From: Camelus ferus
Lineage: Eukaryota
Length of the DNA stretch: 64,000 bases
Assembly (NCBI RefSeq): GCF_009834535.1
Contig: NC_045697.1
Coordinates: 12,030,001-12,094,000 of the forward strand
Direction of reading: 5' to 3'
This document shows positions 48,295 to 59,813 of the stretch, one piece after another; within the stretch, counting starts at the first letter, position 1; each line of letters begins with the position of its first letter. The notes under the pieces are model-generated. The model ran no database searches, had not been told where the DNA came from, and saw nothing but the letters and a program-made list of their open reading frames with translations. Position numbers and translations under genes: made by a program.

Positions 48295-51200
48295 CTAGTT
48301 GGGATTTTGAATAATAGTTTGCCATTTGTCCACTGCTGCAAGACTGTCGTTTATGTCTTTTTGTTGACATTTCTGTGGTCTTCCATGGTGGTCTTTTCCT
48401 TTTGTTCAATTTGCTAAGAACTTCAGAATTATCAGAAGGATTCTTGTCATAGTTAACACATTTATTTAACTTACTACTGTCAAGTTGGCTAGGAAATTTA
48501 TCGCTTGAAGGACTATTTGCTTTAGCATTTTCTATTTCTTTAGATTGCTTTTTAAAATAATTTTGCCTAGCAGAATGGGATCTTAAGGTAAAGCGCTTTG
48601 AGTCTTCTACATGAGTCTGATGATTACTTCCACTGTCAACAGATTCAGGAGCGTAAATGATTGTATTTAGCTTAAAAGTATTTCTGTGTTCAAGATAGTT
48701 GATCTTCCTCAAAAATATTCTACAATCTTTTAAGGTTTTTGACCTCCAATTATTTGGACACACATTTCCTAGTCTTGGCCCCTTTTCAAAATCTTTTTGA
48801 CTGCAGTTTGTTCCATTCTCCTTTGCTTCTGACTTAAATTTATTCTCTAAACTAGCATGTGTTTTGAAGTCAGACATTGCCACCCTCTGCTGCAAAAAGT
48901 CATCCCTGATCTCAGGTGGCAAAATAAACTGATTATCTACTGTGGTTTTCCCTTGGAGTGGGATGTCAGCATTTGCTTTCCCCTCAGTCTTATTTAAAAA
49001 TTGGTTCTGGCAGAAAAATCTTAAGTTTCTCCTCTTAGAGATCCAGTCACCTGTTCCATGGTTGTGCAGCTTTCCCTCTCGCCTCCACCTTTCATGCTGC
49101 AACCTCTTAAACTCAGTTCTTTTTAATCTAGTTAGTGTTAAATTACTTTTCACATTTAAAAGTGGAGAGCTAACCATTTTATGTAGTAAATGCAACTTCC
49201 CTGATGATTTTGAAGGAGAAGATAGTGCAAATTTTTTAAAGTGCTTTCTGAAGGGGCTGGTGTTAAAATCGGAATATTTGTTCCCTAATTTAATTCCTCT
49301 GGTATTTATTACTTCCAAAGGGTTTCGAGCATTTGCTTTTCTAACTAGTGAAAGAGATTGTGTCTCTGTTGTTTGCATAAACCAGGTACAGAGTTCATTC
49401 AAATCATACTTTTTCTGAAAAAGCATTTTTACAGGTGAAACTTCAAGTTCTAAAAGACAGGTTTCCAAAGGGCTTGTTATTTTGAAGTTATCATTTTCAA
49501 CACGTTCTCTTTTTTTAACACAATTTTCAGCTTCATCGCCACTCACACGCACCCAAGCATTTGTTATTTGCTCAAATCTATTGTTTAATTCCTCTAATAA
49601 GGAATCGTTTGAAGTAGAAGCAGCCCACCACCTGAGCAAAGGGTTTGATGAAATTATAGGGTCCAAGGATACTTCAGAAACGGGTATTAATTTATTTTCC
49701 AAACACGTCTTTGCATTTCTTGAATTTCTAGCTCCTGGAGTACCTTTGGAAGCTATTTTAATCCTTGACTGCTTATGTTTATCTTTCTGACTTTGACTTT
49801 TCTGCAAATGGATTTTACATGATTTATGGAGCAGAGCATTTCTATAAATAAGTGAACTAGAAGATGCTAATGAATGTAAGAAATGCAGAGATGGTTTTCT
49901 ATCCCTAACAGAATGTCTCAAAGGTATAGTAGCAACCATACTTTCTGATCCACTCTTAAACTCGTCAGCTTCAGTGTGCCTTGTGTTCACCTTACTGCGC
50001 TGGTGATCATGCTTTTCTTCAGGCAGATTTTTTTCTAATATATTCTCTTGTTCTAAAGGAGGTAAGCAACTGCTAATACTTACTTCCCTCTCCTGAGGTG
50101 AAATTCTATGAATAGTCACAGATATGCCAGAGATTTTCACTTTTGCAGGTCTACCGGGCTTCCTAATGATTGACAAGGGCTTCTGATTTGGTCGAATAAT
50201 GTTCTTGGAAGGCTGAGGTATGACAGACTTGTTCTTGACAGGGCTGCCGTGTTCCAAGCCAGGCCCTGAGACCCCGCTGTCAGTAGTCAAGCTTGCAGCA
50301 GCACTTGTTCTTTCGCCCAAGCCCACCTCACACTCTCCGATAGTCTGGAGACCGTTACATCCTGCTGGAAAACCAGCAGCGTTATTGTTTACAGACAGCA
50401 CATTGCTTATGTCCACACTTCCTTCAGAAACATGCCTTTTAGTTCTTCTTGACCTTCCATAAATGACAGTTACCGTGATACTCTTTTTATAAATACCTTC
50501 TTTTACTTCTGATACGAGAGATTCTGGACTTTTCTTTCCAGCACTGAAGGACTCATTTTGGCAAAGAGTGATGTCTGTTTGGTCAGTTTTAGGTTTTGGT
50601 GGCCTTCCAATCGGTCGCTTAATCTGTTTCACAACCTGGGGACCTATTTTTTTAGGTCTACCTGGTTTTCTTTTAAAAGATGAATTAACAGCGCTGCTTG
50701 AATATTCCTTAGGTCCCTCTTGAGGCTTATCACTCATCTTATCATCCATAAACATTGCAGAGGGTTCTGCAGCTTCCTTTGCACAATTAAATTTGCTTAG
50801 TTCTCTTTGAAGAGTAGCACCATTGTTAAGATTGGAACTATAATTTTCAAAGTTGACATTCAGTATATCCTCATTTGTTTCTTTTCTTTGGTCAATTACT
50901 TGATGGGTTGGTCGTTTTTCAGAAGAAGGAAGATCAGTATTTGATTCACAAGTACCGACTGAAGTTAAAGTGTATTTGACTCCTTCACTGCTTTTAACCT
51001 CAGATAAAAACATGAGTTTGATAGGACTAGAATAGCTGGAAAAAGAAGATCTTTCAATGGCTTTATATTTTGTTGGTACATTTTCAACACTGGACATCAA
51101 GCTACCCATATCTAAAAGGGGTGACTTTTTCTGGCTATCAGGTCTTTTGTTATTCAAATCAAGTGTTGGTGTATGATTGCTTTTAATACTGGTGGATGTT

Positions 51201-53120
51201 ACCACAGATTTCGATAAACTCTGCTCTTTGCATGCCATTCTACTTACAGCAAGAGTCATATTTCTAGCAGTATTTTGATCTTTACCATCAATTTCTATCA
51301 ATTTCTTGGATGCTTTGTATCCTTCTGATAATGACTGACTATTCCAAGACTTTTGGGCCATATTTATTGTATCTTCCAAACGTTCCACAACAACCTGTAA
51401 ATTAGAATTCATTGCAATTTTATTTAGATCTATATCATGTGAGTTTTCAATCTGAATGTTTTTCACTGGATCTTTTTTTTTTGTGGATTCAGAAACTTTT
51501 TTGGCCTTAGGGGATTTTTTGAAAACATAATTATTTGTTACATATATAGAATACCACCCCGGAGGCACAATATTTCGTTTAGTTCTGTTCAAAAGTCCAG
51601 GAACATCACTTTTCAAAGGAGTTTGAGTATTCTGTAATTTTGGCTTCTCCTTATAATTTTGCAAAAATGTTTTTCCAGCCACAGATTTCTCCTGTGATCT
51701 TCTTATGCTCATTTTCTCAGGGGAAGTTGTTTTAAAGCTTTCTGAAAATGCATCAAAAGTCAAGTTAGTTTCTAAATTATGAAGAGGTAGTTGCAATGAC
51801 TGTAATGCATAATCTGGTGAATATGATGTTTCTGCATGATTATTACCTTGAACGCTTTTAGAATTTTGTAAAGGCGGCCCTTGGCAATGATAGAATTCTT
51901 CTTTGTCCGTTGAAAATGGATCATCGTTGCGCGTAAGTTTCCTTGAATTTTTTTCAGTGTATTTTTTCCTTATAAAATTTTCATCAAGACTAGCAAGTTC
52001 TCTTTTTATCTGTAAAGACTGCCTTCTAAATATAGGTGAGTCAGGAGAGTTGTGCATTGCAAATAAGGTTTCTTGACGCTTTCGAAATCTTGTCTGAATA
52101 ATTTTATTTTCTACCTTTTTATCATGTTGACTCAGTAATTCCATAAAACTGTAATCACTGGCTTTTGCATTATGCAACAGAGAGGCTATTAAATCTCTCA
52201 ATTTTAAATCATTATCTGTATTACCATCACTGCTAGAGAATTTTATAAAGTTTGTCATATCTATAGTTTCTATTGATTTTAATTTTTCATTAATACGATC
52301 CATTAAATCTTGAAAAATTACAGTAGTTTCACCTTTTTCATGATTTGTAGTACAATTATTGCTGTCTTCTAAGAGCAAAGAATCAGAGTTACTGGATTTT
52401 TTAGTTTTACACATTTTACTTTCATGATCACCTTTGTCACTGTTTATTTCTGCTGGTGTGAGAGATGGAGGCTGGTTAATGTTTGTTTCAAGTTTGTTAT
52501 TTTCTAAGGCTGAAAACTCTGAGATGACATCTTTCAATTTTTCAAATCCTTCCGTCTGTACAGGTGATAATGGCGGGGGTGAGGGACTTCGAGATCTACA
52601 AACATCCTTAAGACTTACTGAAACATCACGTACTTCCCTTGACGAAACAGGAGTATGAAAGGCTGATTTTGTGGAATGAATGTTTGGTAACAGTCCAGCA
52701 CAGCACCTGTGAGAATTATAACTGTTTCCAACTCCTCTATTCGCTACTGTCTTAATGTGTTCAACAGTTACAGTTTGGCAAGATAAACAATGCGAATCTT
52801 TAATACAGACTGGCAGAGGCACAAAACCAGGGCTTTGTTTTTCATTTTGTAAACACCCTCTTTCTGCCAGCCTATATTCACAACTACAGAATAGACCATC
52901 TACATCATCTTCAATTAGGGGCTTTTGAGATTCTGAAGACACAGTATATGATGTATTACAACAGCAAAGAGAAGCAGCATTCTGCTCTTGGACTAGAAAT
53001 TTCAACATAGCCAAAACTTGTTGCTGGTGATGTATGCACAAAGATTCCAAAACTTTGCTTAATGCTGATTTTCCTTTTTCCATTTTAGTAGCTTCCTCTG
53101 ATTTTGCATCAACAGTTGAA
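48295..53120 (-). CDS. LCORL: LCORL long-isoform giant exon encoding the PALI2-specific region (3 AT-hooks, PIP/DUF4553-like PRC2-binding region), 4826 nt
   Basis: Lies within the 1620-aa ORF 48275-53137. Acceptor ttatttttag|TTCAACT (phase 2) and donor CTAG|gtaagt (phase 1). Motifs: KRKPGRPKK, KRPIGRPPK, RKPGRPAK; LLRWW, CTWFMQTTETQSL, RKHFKKF. Confidence 0.93.
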
Positions 53121-55166
53121 CTAAAAATAAAAATCAAACAAAAAATGAATTACAGTAAAAATACCAGTATCACAAGGAGTTATAATTTTAACAGAGTTTG
53201 AACAAAAGATATTTTAGTATTGCTGGACTCCTCTAACTCCTGTAAAGAGCTGCAATAGTGACATCTTGATTATTGTTTAGCAAAAATATAATGAAGCACT
53301 GATGTTAATTAATTTCCTATGACTAAGTATAAGAATCAAATCAAAGCCCTATTTTTGTAATATAAAAGTTGCTGCTGCTGACAGATATATTTACAGACTG
53401 CTAATGTTTAGTGCTTTGGATATATTAAGAATATTTAATGGAAAGTACTTCAGAAGGAGTTAAGATTTTTGTAAAGTAGACATTTTATAAGTTATTTTGA
53501 TAGTTATTAGTCCATATTAGTACAAATAAGAAAAATAAGGTGTAGGAAAAAATCTATCTTTATTTAAAATAGGTATTATTTTCAAGGTAGTGAAAATAAA
53601 ATTATTAATAAAAGAGTTTTGCATAGTCACAAGGAAAATTGAGGGATTTATATTTCACATAAATAACAGAATATATTTTCTAAGATTAAGCTGCAGGCCT
53701 TTTAACCTAATAAGAAAAAAAAAATAAAACTAAGCTATTTAAAAATGAAATCTATTTTAATTGATTTCTAAATACTAAAGTAATTACATCAAAACTATAG
53801 GCATTACTTACCTAATTATTTAATTTCAAATGCTGGAAAATGTCCCACTGTAGAAACTAAATACATCTAACATTAACTAAAACCCAGGATTACTTAGCAA
53901 CAAATGTAGAAGTCTACAAAAAAAATTTTTAATCCAATACCAGCAGCAAGAAGAATAAAATATGTTGAAAGAATTCTGTTTCAGAAAAGTATCTATTTAA
54001 ATTAAACATATCACCAAACTCTGTACATGAAAATAGTCTCCCATTCGTGATTTCTTGTATTTGTTGTTAGTTCCTGGTTTGTAGAAATTTTATTTAGGGC
54101 TGTAATTGAAATATGATGATTATAAATTACTACAGAAGACTGTATTTTGTTTAAAAGGATACTATGTTCTCATACATTAAAAATTAAAGGATTTCTCTTT
54201 TAAAATGAAAAGTGAAATTAGATTTTTATTTTGCTCTCTAAAACTGGCTTAGTCTGTTTCACAGATAAGTATGGAATATTTTATCTACATTTTATAAAAA
54301 TTATGCCATTTGAGTAGCAAAAACACTAGGGCAAATTCTGCAAATTAGATCAATATTTTTCTAGAAAAAAGATACTTTTACTAGAGTCAACCAATGCTTT
54401 ACTACTACAGCTAACGTGATTTGACATAAAGTAGCTTTCAAAAAAAATGAGAAGAAATACAAAATTACAATAAAACTTTAAAAATCTACTGCCACCTCTA
54501 GACAGATGAAGACAGGACATGACCTTAGTATCCCTTCCTTTCTGAAAATAATTTTTTGGTAAATTTTATCATGATTGGGAGTGTAAAATGATGGAACGGA
54601 CTCCCAAGATTCACTATTAGATAATTCAAAATACATATGTAGAGACAAAGGCAGGAGGAAATGTTAGCTATCAAATAAGAAGATGTAAGTGGTATTTTAC
54701 TTTTTTCTAGTAAATTAAAAATTGTTAATTTTCACATAAACAAAAGAAAACCAAAAAAGGTTCTGAGACACTTTCAGTTATGTTATGTACGTTATGGTCT
54801 ATTAAGCATATCTGTGAGAAAATAATTGAGAGATTTACATGTTTCTCAGAAAAATACATTGCACTATACTTTAAAGATTAATATGCTTTCCTAACAGTTC
54901 TTGAAATACTCAAATGCTTTTTTCTGCTAGTCAAGTATATAGTAGAAATAATAAAAACTAATGACTAGTGTTAACTATTCTGAAAACCACTGTAAGAGTT
55001 TTATATCTCTTTTGACATTCCAAAGAAGCCTATACTTCTTAGAGTTTCTTACTCAGTTTATTATTTTTAATAATGGAATTTCAAAAATACCACAGTGGCC
55101 AGTAATTTCTAATACCATATGAAGAGTAGCTTTAAAAAGTTACTAATTAGATGTTCATGTATTAAG

Positions 55167-55171
<5 letters not shown>

Positions 55172-55202
<31 letters not shown>
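55172..55202. repeat. (TA)n microsatellite, about 15 units
   Basis: Uninterrupted TATATA run. Confidence 0.95.
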
Positions 55203-55206
<4 letters not shown>

Positions 55207-55654
55207 CATTAGATAACTAAGTTCTCAAATTATAAAACTTCACAATATGCTTATCTGGCTTCAATTTTTTTCTTTTCCATATATTTGCATATTAGAAATG
55301 CAAAGAAAAACCTAATATATGAGTAAATAATAGTTGAATACATACAAGCCTCCAATCTAGAATTTTTCAATTGATTATAATAAAGTTTCTAAAATTGTAT
55401 GTTTCACAGTTCCCCTGTTTTTAAATGCTAAAAAATGTTCTAACCTTCTAACCTTTTCCTGTTTGATTTGTAAACAAAAACATCCTGCCTATTTTTGTAT
55501 TTTACTATCCATTTAGCCCATTCCAAGTTTTGTTGTTGAAATAGCTCTCATTGGAGAAAGTCAATTCTAACATTAATATTAATAAAACTGCTTCCTAGAG
55601 TGAATCAAAGAAGCCAGTGTAGTCGCTTTTTTCTTTGCTTTTTCTTTTTTTTCT

Positions 55655-58600
55655 TTTACTGAATGAGTAAATCAATCACACACCAACAGTGTTGTAAATT
55701 TAAGTGCAAAAGCATTGAAGTGCTTTACTACAAATTACAACCTAGAAACACGTTAACTGAACAATTAAAATTCATACAATCAGATTTAGATATATAACAA
55801 CACAAAATAGAAACAGAATTACAGTACATTTACAACACAAGACAGATACATGAATTCATTAGAAAATATTGTAATAAATAATTCATGAATTATAGTGCAA
55901 TTGATTTATGCATAAATATAACTAATTGCCTAACAATCAGTTTATATTAACAAAATCTGTCAAAATCAAGGCAGCCACAGAGTTTTACTAAATTACTGCG
56001 ACAATGGAAATACTGCAATTAAAAAACAAATACAAGTATTTGTACTGTAAACAACTAAAAAAATCAGTCTCACTAAAGTTAGTATACAATTTAATATAAA
56101 ATTGTCATTAGCTACCAGAAATGGTTTAAACAACTTTACTGAGCAGTAGTTTTCTAAAAACAGAGGCACTGTTTTTTCTTTTCCTTCTTTTTTTTTTAAA
56201 TATAAAATACTTGAGGAACATTCAAATAAGTAGAAAGCACATAAGGGTTGCTTTCATCTTCATTAAAAGTCTGCTGAAACTGGATTTTTCAGAAAATTGT
56301 CAATTAATACGTAGTAACTGGTAACTAAATTTATAAAGTACTTTGAAAGTTTAACATAAAGAACATCTTAATAGAATCACTGGGGAGAAGGGGAACCCAT
56401 AAATTTCCCTGCCTTTCCTAGTTTGTATAATCAAAAGTTAACTCAATAATTAGAAACATTTTGTTTCTTTTAAAAGTTATGGGTTGATCATTACCTATAA
56501 ACTATCAAAAAATATTTAATTTACTATTTCTGACCAAAAATAAATAATACAAGTACTAAAAGGCTGCAAATTAACTATAATATTACCTATAAAACTACTG
56601 ATCACTGTGAAGTCAATAGCAAAATGATCCCTGATTTTATGAATCCTGTAAAGTTTTTGGTCAGGTCATCTTCTAAATGATATAAAAGTGTTCTGTAAGT
56701 ATCCCTTTACTATAAACTTCTCAATCAATTTATTAATGTAAATATAGTGTGAGGAATAAAAAAGCTCAATACAATATAAATATTATGTAATGCATTCAAG
56801 CCCCCAAATTTTTCCAAGTAAAATTCTGTATAAAGAGGTCAATAAAATTGTGTTGAAATGTTTATCTTTAACTTTGTTTTTCAATGGGGTGGGGGGAAGA
56901 GGAAATATATTAAATAATCCAAGTTCTGGCCCTCACAAAATATGGCTTAATTCTTTAAAAACAAAGATGACCCTGACATCTGCTGTTTTGCAATCTATTA
57001 TGTATACTTTCTTGGGGACAAAAACAAAAGAGCAAGAGGATTCATACCCTAGTATGCAGGTAACATTAATAGCTGAAGAGGGTTCAGTATAGATCAGAGA
57101 GACCAAATAACTACTTGCTTGTGTAGTTTCCCACTCTTCAGTTTCTTTAAACATACGTAAGCAGTTTTTAAATGTGATAAGCTGAAAATCTCTTTAGTAT
57201 TACAGGTATATGTGATTATTAGATACACACAAACACAAGTGTAAAAACACATGTATTTGACAAGGTGCACTTATTTTTTTAAATTCAGCTTTAAGTATTC
57301 CTTTCGGACTTAGGAAAACTGGCTTAGAAAAAGTGATCAGAACCTGAATTTTAACAGAGAAAAGGGGCACTCGGAGAATTTTGAATTTCTGAAGCAAACC
57401 CCCATTCTTTATATGGAGGCACACGCTTTATAACATTTTACCACTAAAACTGCATACTCCATAAATCCAACATGGATACTCTGAACCACATTTTAAAACT
57501 GCTATATAAAATTACTGGTCTCTTTTATGAGTCTAGTAAAAGTTAAAATGCACTGCCCAGCTTCTAACTACCCAATTAGTAGAGAGTTTACATTACCAAA
57601 AGTTCAAAACAGCTTCAGTGTTAAATATCTGTAAATCTATTCAAGACCCTGAACAAACTGCAAATTTGGTTATTAGCAAAATGATAATGTATCACCCATC
57701 AAAATGAAATCTGTAATTCATTTTGATAAACTGAAAATGTTTTGAAATGTCACAGCAGCAAATATATTAAAGTTACACTGAGGTTTTTCAATAGTAGGAG
57801 TGTGTCACAATCCTTAAAATTTAAAGTAGTCATAACATCAACTAACCAGCACATTTAAACCAAAATTATCATTCTCAAGCTTTTTCTGTGCACATTATAA
57901 ACATGCTCTAAGTTGCATTCCAACTTTCTTTTCTAACCTTACACATTAGCTTATTTTTCAAATGAAAAACAAAATTAAATTATTTTAATAATTAAATTTA
58001 AATTACTTTTTGTTCTTAGTATTCCATCTTATATTAAAGGATTCTATAGCTGCTGGGGTTAACTATGTGTAAGTATTTTTTTTTAAAGTATATACCTTAT
58101 AAACCCCAACTTCCTGCTAAATCAACTATTAAATGATAAATATTAAATTTCATTATACATATCATTTAAGGTTTTCTTTTCTATTCCTGGTGGATGCACT
58201 TGAGTGCATTTCATATTTCATAGAATGCACTGTAGTGTACTAATACTGTATATATTAATTTTTATTAGTGTGGAGATAACTATTTTAAATTTTGACCGGT
58301 TGTTTGATATACTTACAATAACTGTAAGTATGTTATGCAAGAATGCTTACAAGCTATTAATATCATATTTCCATTATAAGATGGTTTCAACTGAATGGCT
58401 GGAGTGGTCTTTCACTAATAAAAATGTTTCACTTGACAATTACTTGTTTTCCCACAACGCTTTATGCTATTGACTACTAAAGAAAACCTGAATCCTTTTC
58501 ACCTATTTATACAAGGATTAAATACAAACTATCAGAATTAAGTAAGCAACTATATAATTCTGTCCACAGTGAAAACCCTGAATAAAACTTTTTTCAAAAG

Positions 58601-58780
58601 GCATGTAAGTGGTTTTTGAACTGTAAAATTTCATGTCTCCTGTCAGAGTGAGCATCTGTAATTCCCACATGTGTGTATACAGACACACAAATACACACCT
58701 GTGCACATACACACACACGCAAACACACATACACACACGCACGCACATACACACACACAAACATTTTCCTAACAAGTAAT
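55655..58780 (-). other. LCORL: Probable ~3.1-kb 3'UTR of the LCORL HTH isoform
   Basis: AU-rich stretch with no recognisable interspersed repeats, directly after the TAG at 58783-58781. A candidate variant signal AGTAAA lies at 55660-55655. The 3' end is uncertain. Confidence 0.5.
58668..58759. repeat. Imperfect (CA/TG)n tract just downstream of the LCORL stop
   Basis: CACACACACGCAAACACACATACACACACGCACGCACATACACACAC; UG-rich in the mRNA. Confidence 0.9.
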
Positions 58781-59813
58781 CTACACAGGCTTGCTGCTGT
58801 TTTTGCAGCTGCCAGTCCCTGAATCTGTCATATTATATAACCCAGTGTCTGGTAATCGGAGTTTCTTCTTCGGAGGAGTCTTCAGTGTTCCAGATCTTTC
58901 TTTTACCTTGTATTCTAAAGTGCTGTGAGGTACCCCATAAATTCCTTGTGCTTTGGAAACACTCATTTTTCCACTCATTACCATTGCAATAGCCTCTTCC
59001 ATTATTTCATGATCATACTGCCGGTAACGGCCACGTTTTTTCCTGGGCTGCTTATTATCTTTTCGATCCAATCCATCTTCAGTATTTTCAGAGGTTCCAT
59101 CAACTGTTCCATTTTTAGAATTAAGACACAAAGGAGAGAGGTCCCCATGTAGAAAATAAGAGTCAACACTTGAGTGAGTTACGGGCCCAGAACATTCTAT
59201 TTTGCTCTGTTTAGGGAGTATATTTTTCAGTTTTTGGAGAGCTGATCCTTCAAGGACTGGAGAGGTTTTGGAAACTTGATACATAACATCCATCAGACCA
59301 GGACCATCAGGTTGTGGTTTTGAAACAGAACTTACTCGCAGCTGAGGAATTTTTAACTGTACAGTAGGATGTGAAGTTTCGTATTGTAGGCTTTCATTTT
59401 TTTCTTTAAATTGAGTAACCATTTTCTGTAGAGTTAACTGATGGAGGTAACTGGAAGCTGTTGGGAATTTTAATTCTGAGGTTTCAAGTAGATTGAGTTT
59501 ACTTTTTTCTGTGCGCTCTGCTTGAGCTCTTGCCCACAAGGCTACTTTTTGCAGCACTGCACAAGTTTCTTTACTGTCTTTATATGAGTAACTATCATTG
59601 AAATCTCGAGTTTTGTTTTTAAAAGATGCAGGCTTCCCTGCTGGTAAGGCTTCTAAGTGGAGAAGTAAAGTTTTTTGAGGTATGCCATAAAGTATGCCTG
59701 CTTTATTTATGTCCAGTGCTCCAGACTGAATGTCTTTCAAAGCTTTTGAGAGCAAACCATCTGCAAACTCAGCACTTCTTTCCACATAGTCCTCTCTGTT
59801 TCTGTGTAGTCTC
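58781..59813 (-). CDS. LCORL: LCORL terminal exon of the HTH isoform (ligand-dependent nuclear receptor corepressor-like; HTH-psq domain)
   Basis: Acceptor ccatccag|GAGACTA (phase 2). Encodes [16 protein letters not shown]...[50 protein letters not shown]...PPKKKLR (NLS)...SSKPV*. The ORF-track Met at 59851 is intronic. Confidence 0.97.

Noticed and set aside
48942..52658. Plus-strand ORFs of 158, 102, 80 and 74 aa overlapping the PALI2 exon
   Set aside because: Antisense shadows of a long coding frame, with non-ATG starts and Phe/Leu/Ser-rich composition; no independent gene signals.
53121..53137. ORF-track N-terminus MIFIFS of the 1620-aa ORF, suggesting a stand-alone intronless gene
   Set aside because: This is the polypyrimidine tract and acceptor. 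The exon starts at 53120 and splices from LCORL 61153.
58518..58775. 85-aa Cys/Val-rich ORF
   Set aside because: Translation of the (TG)n tract in the 3'UTR.
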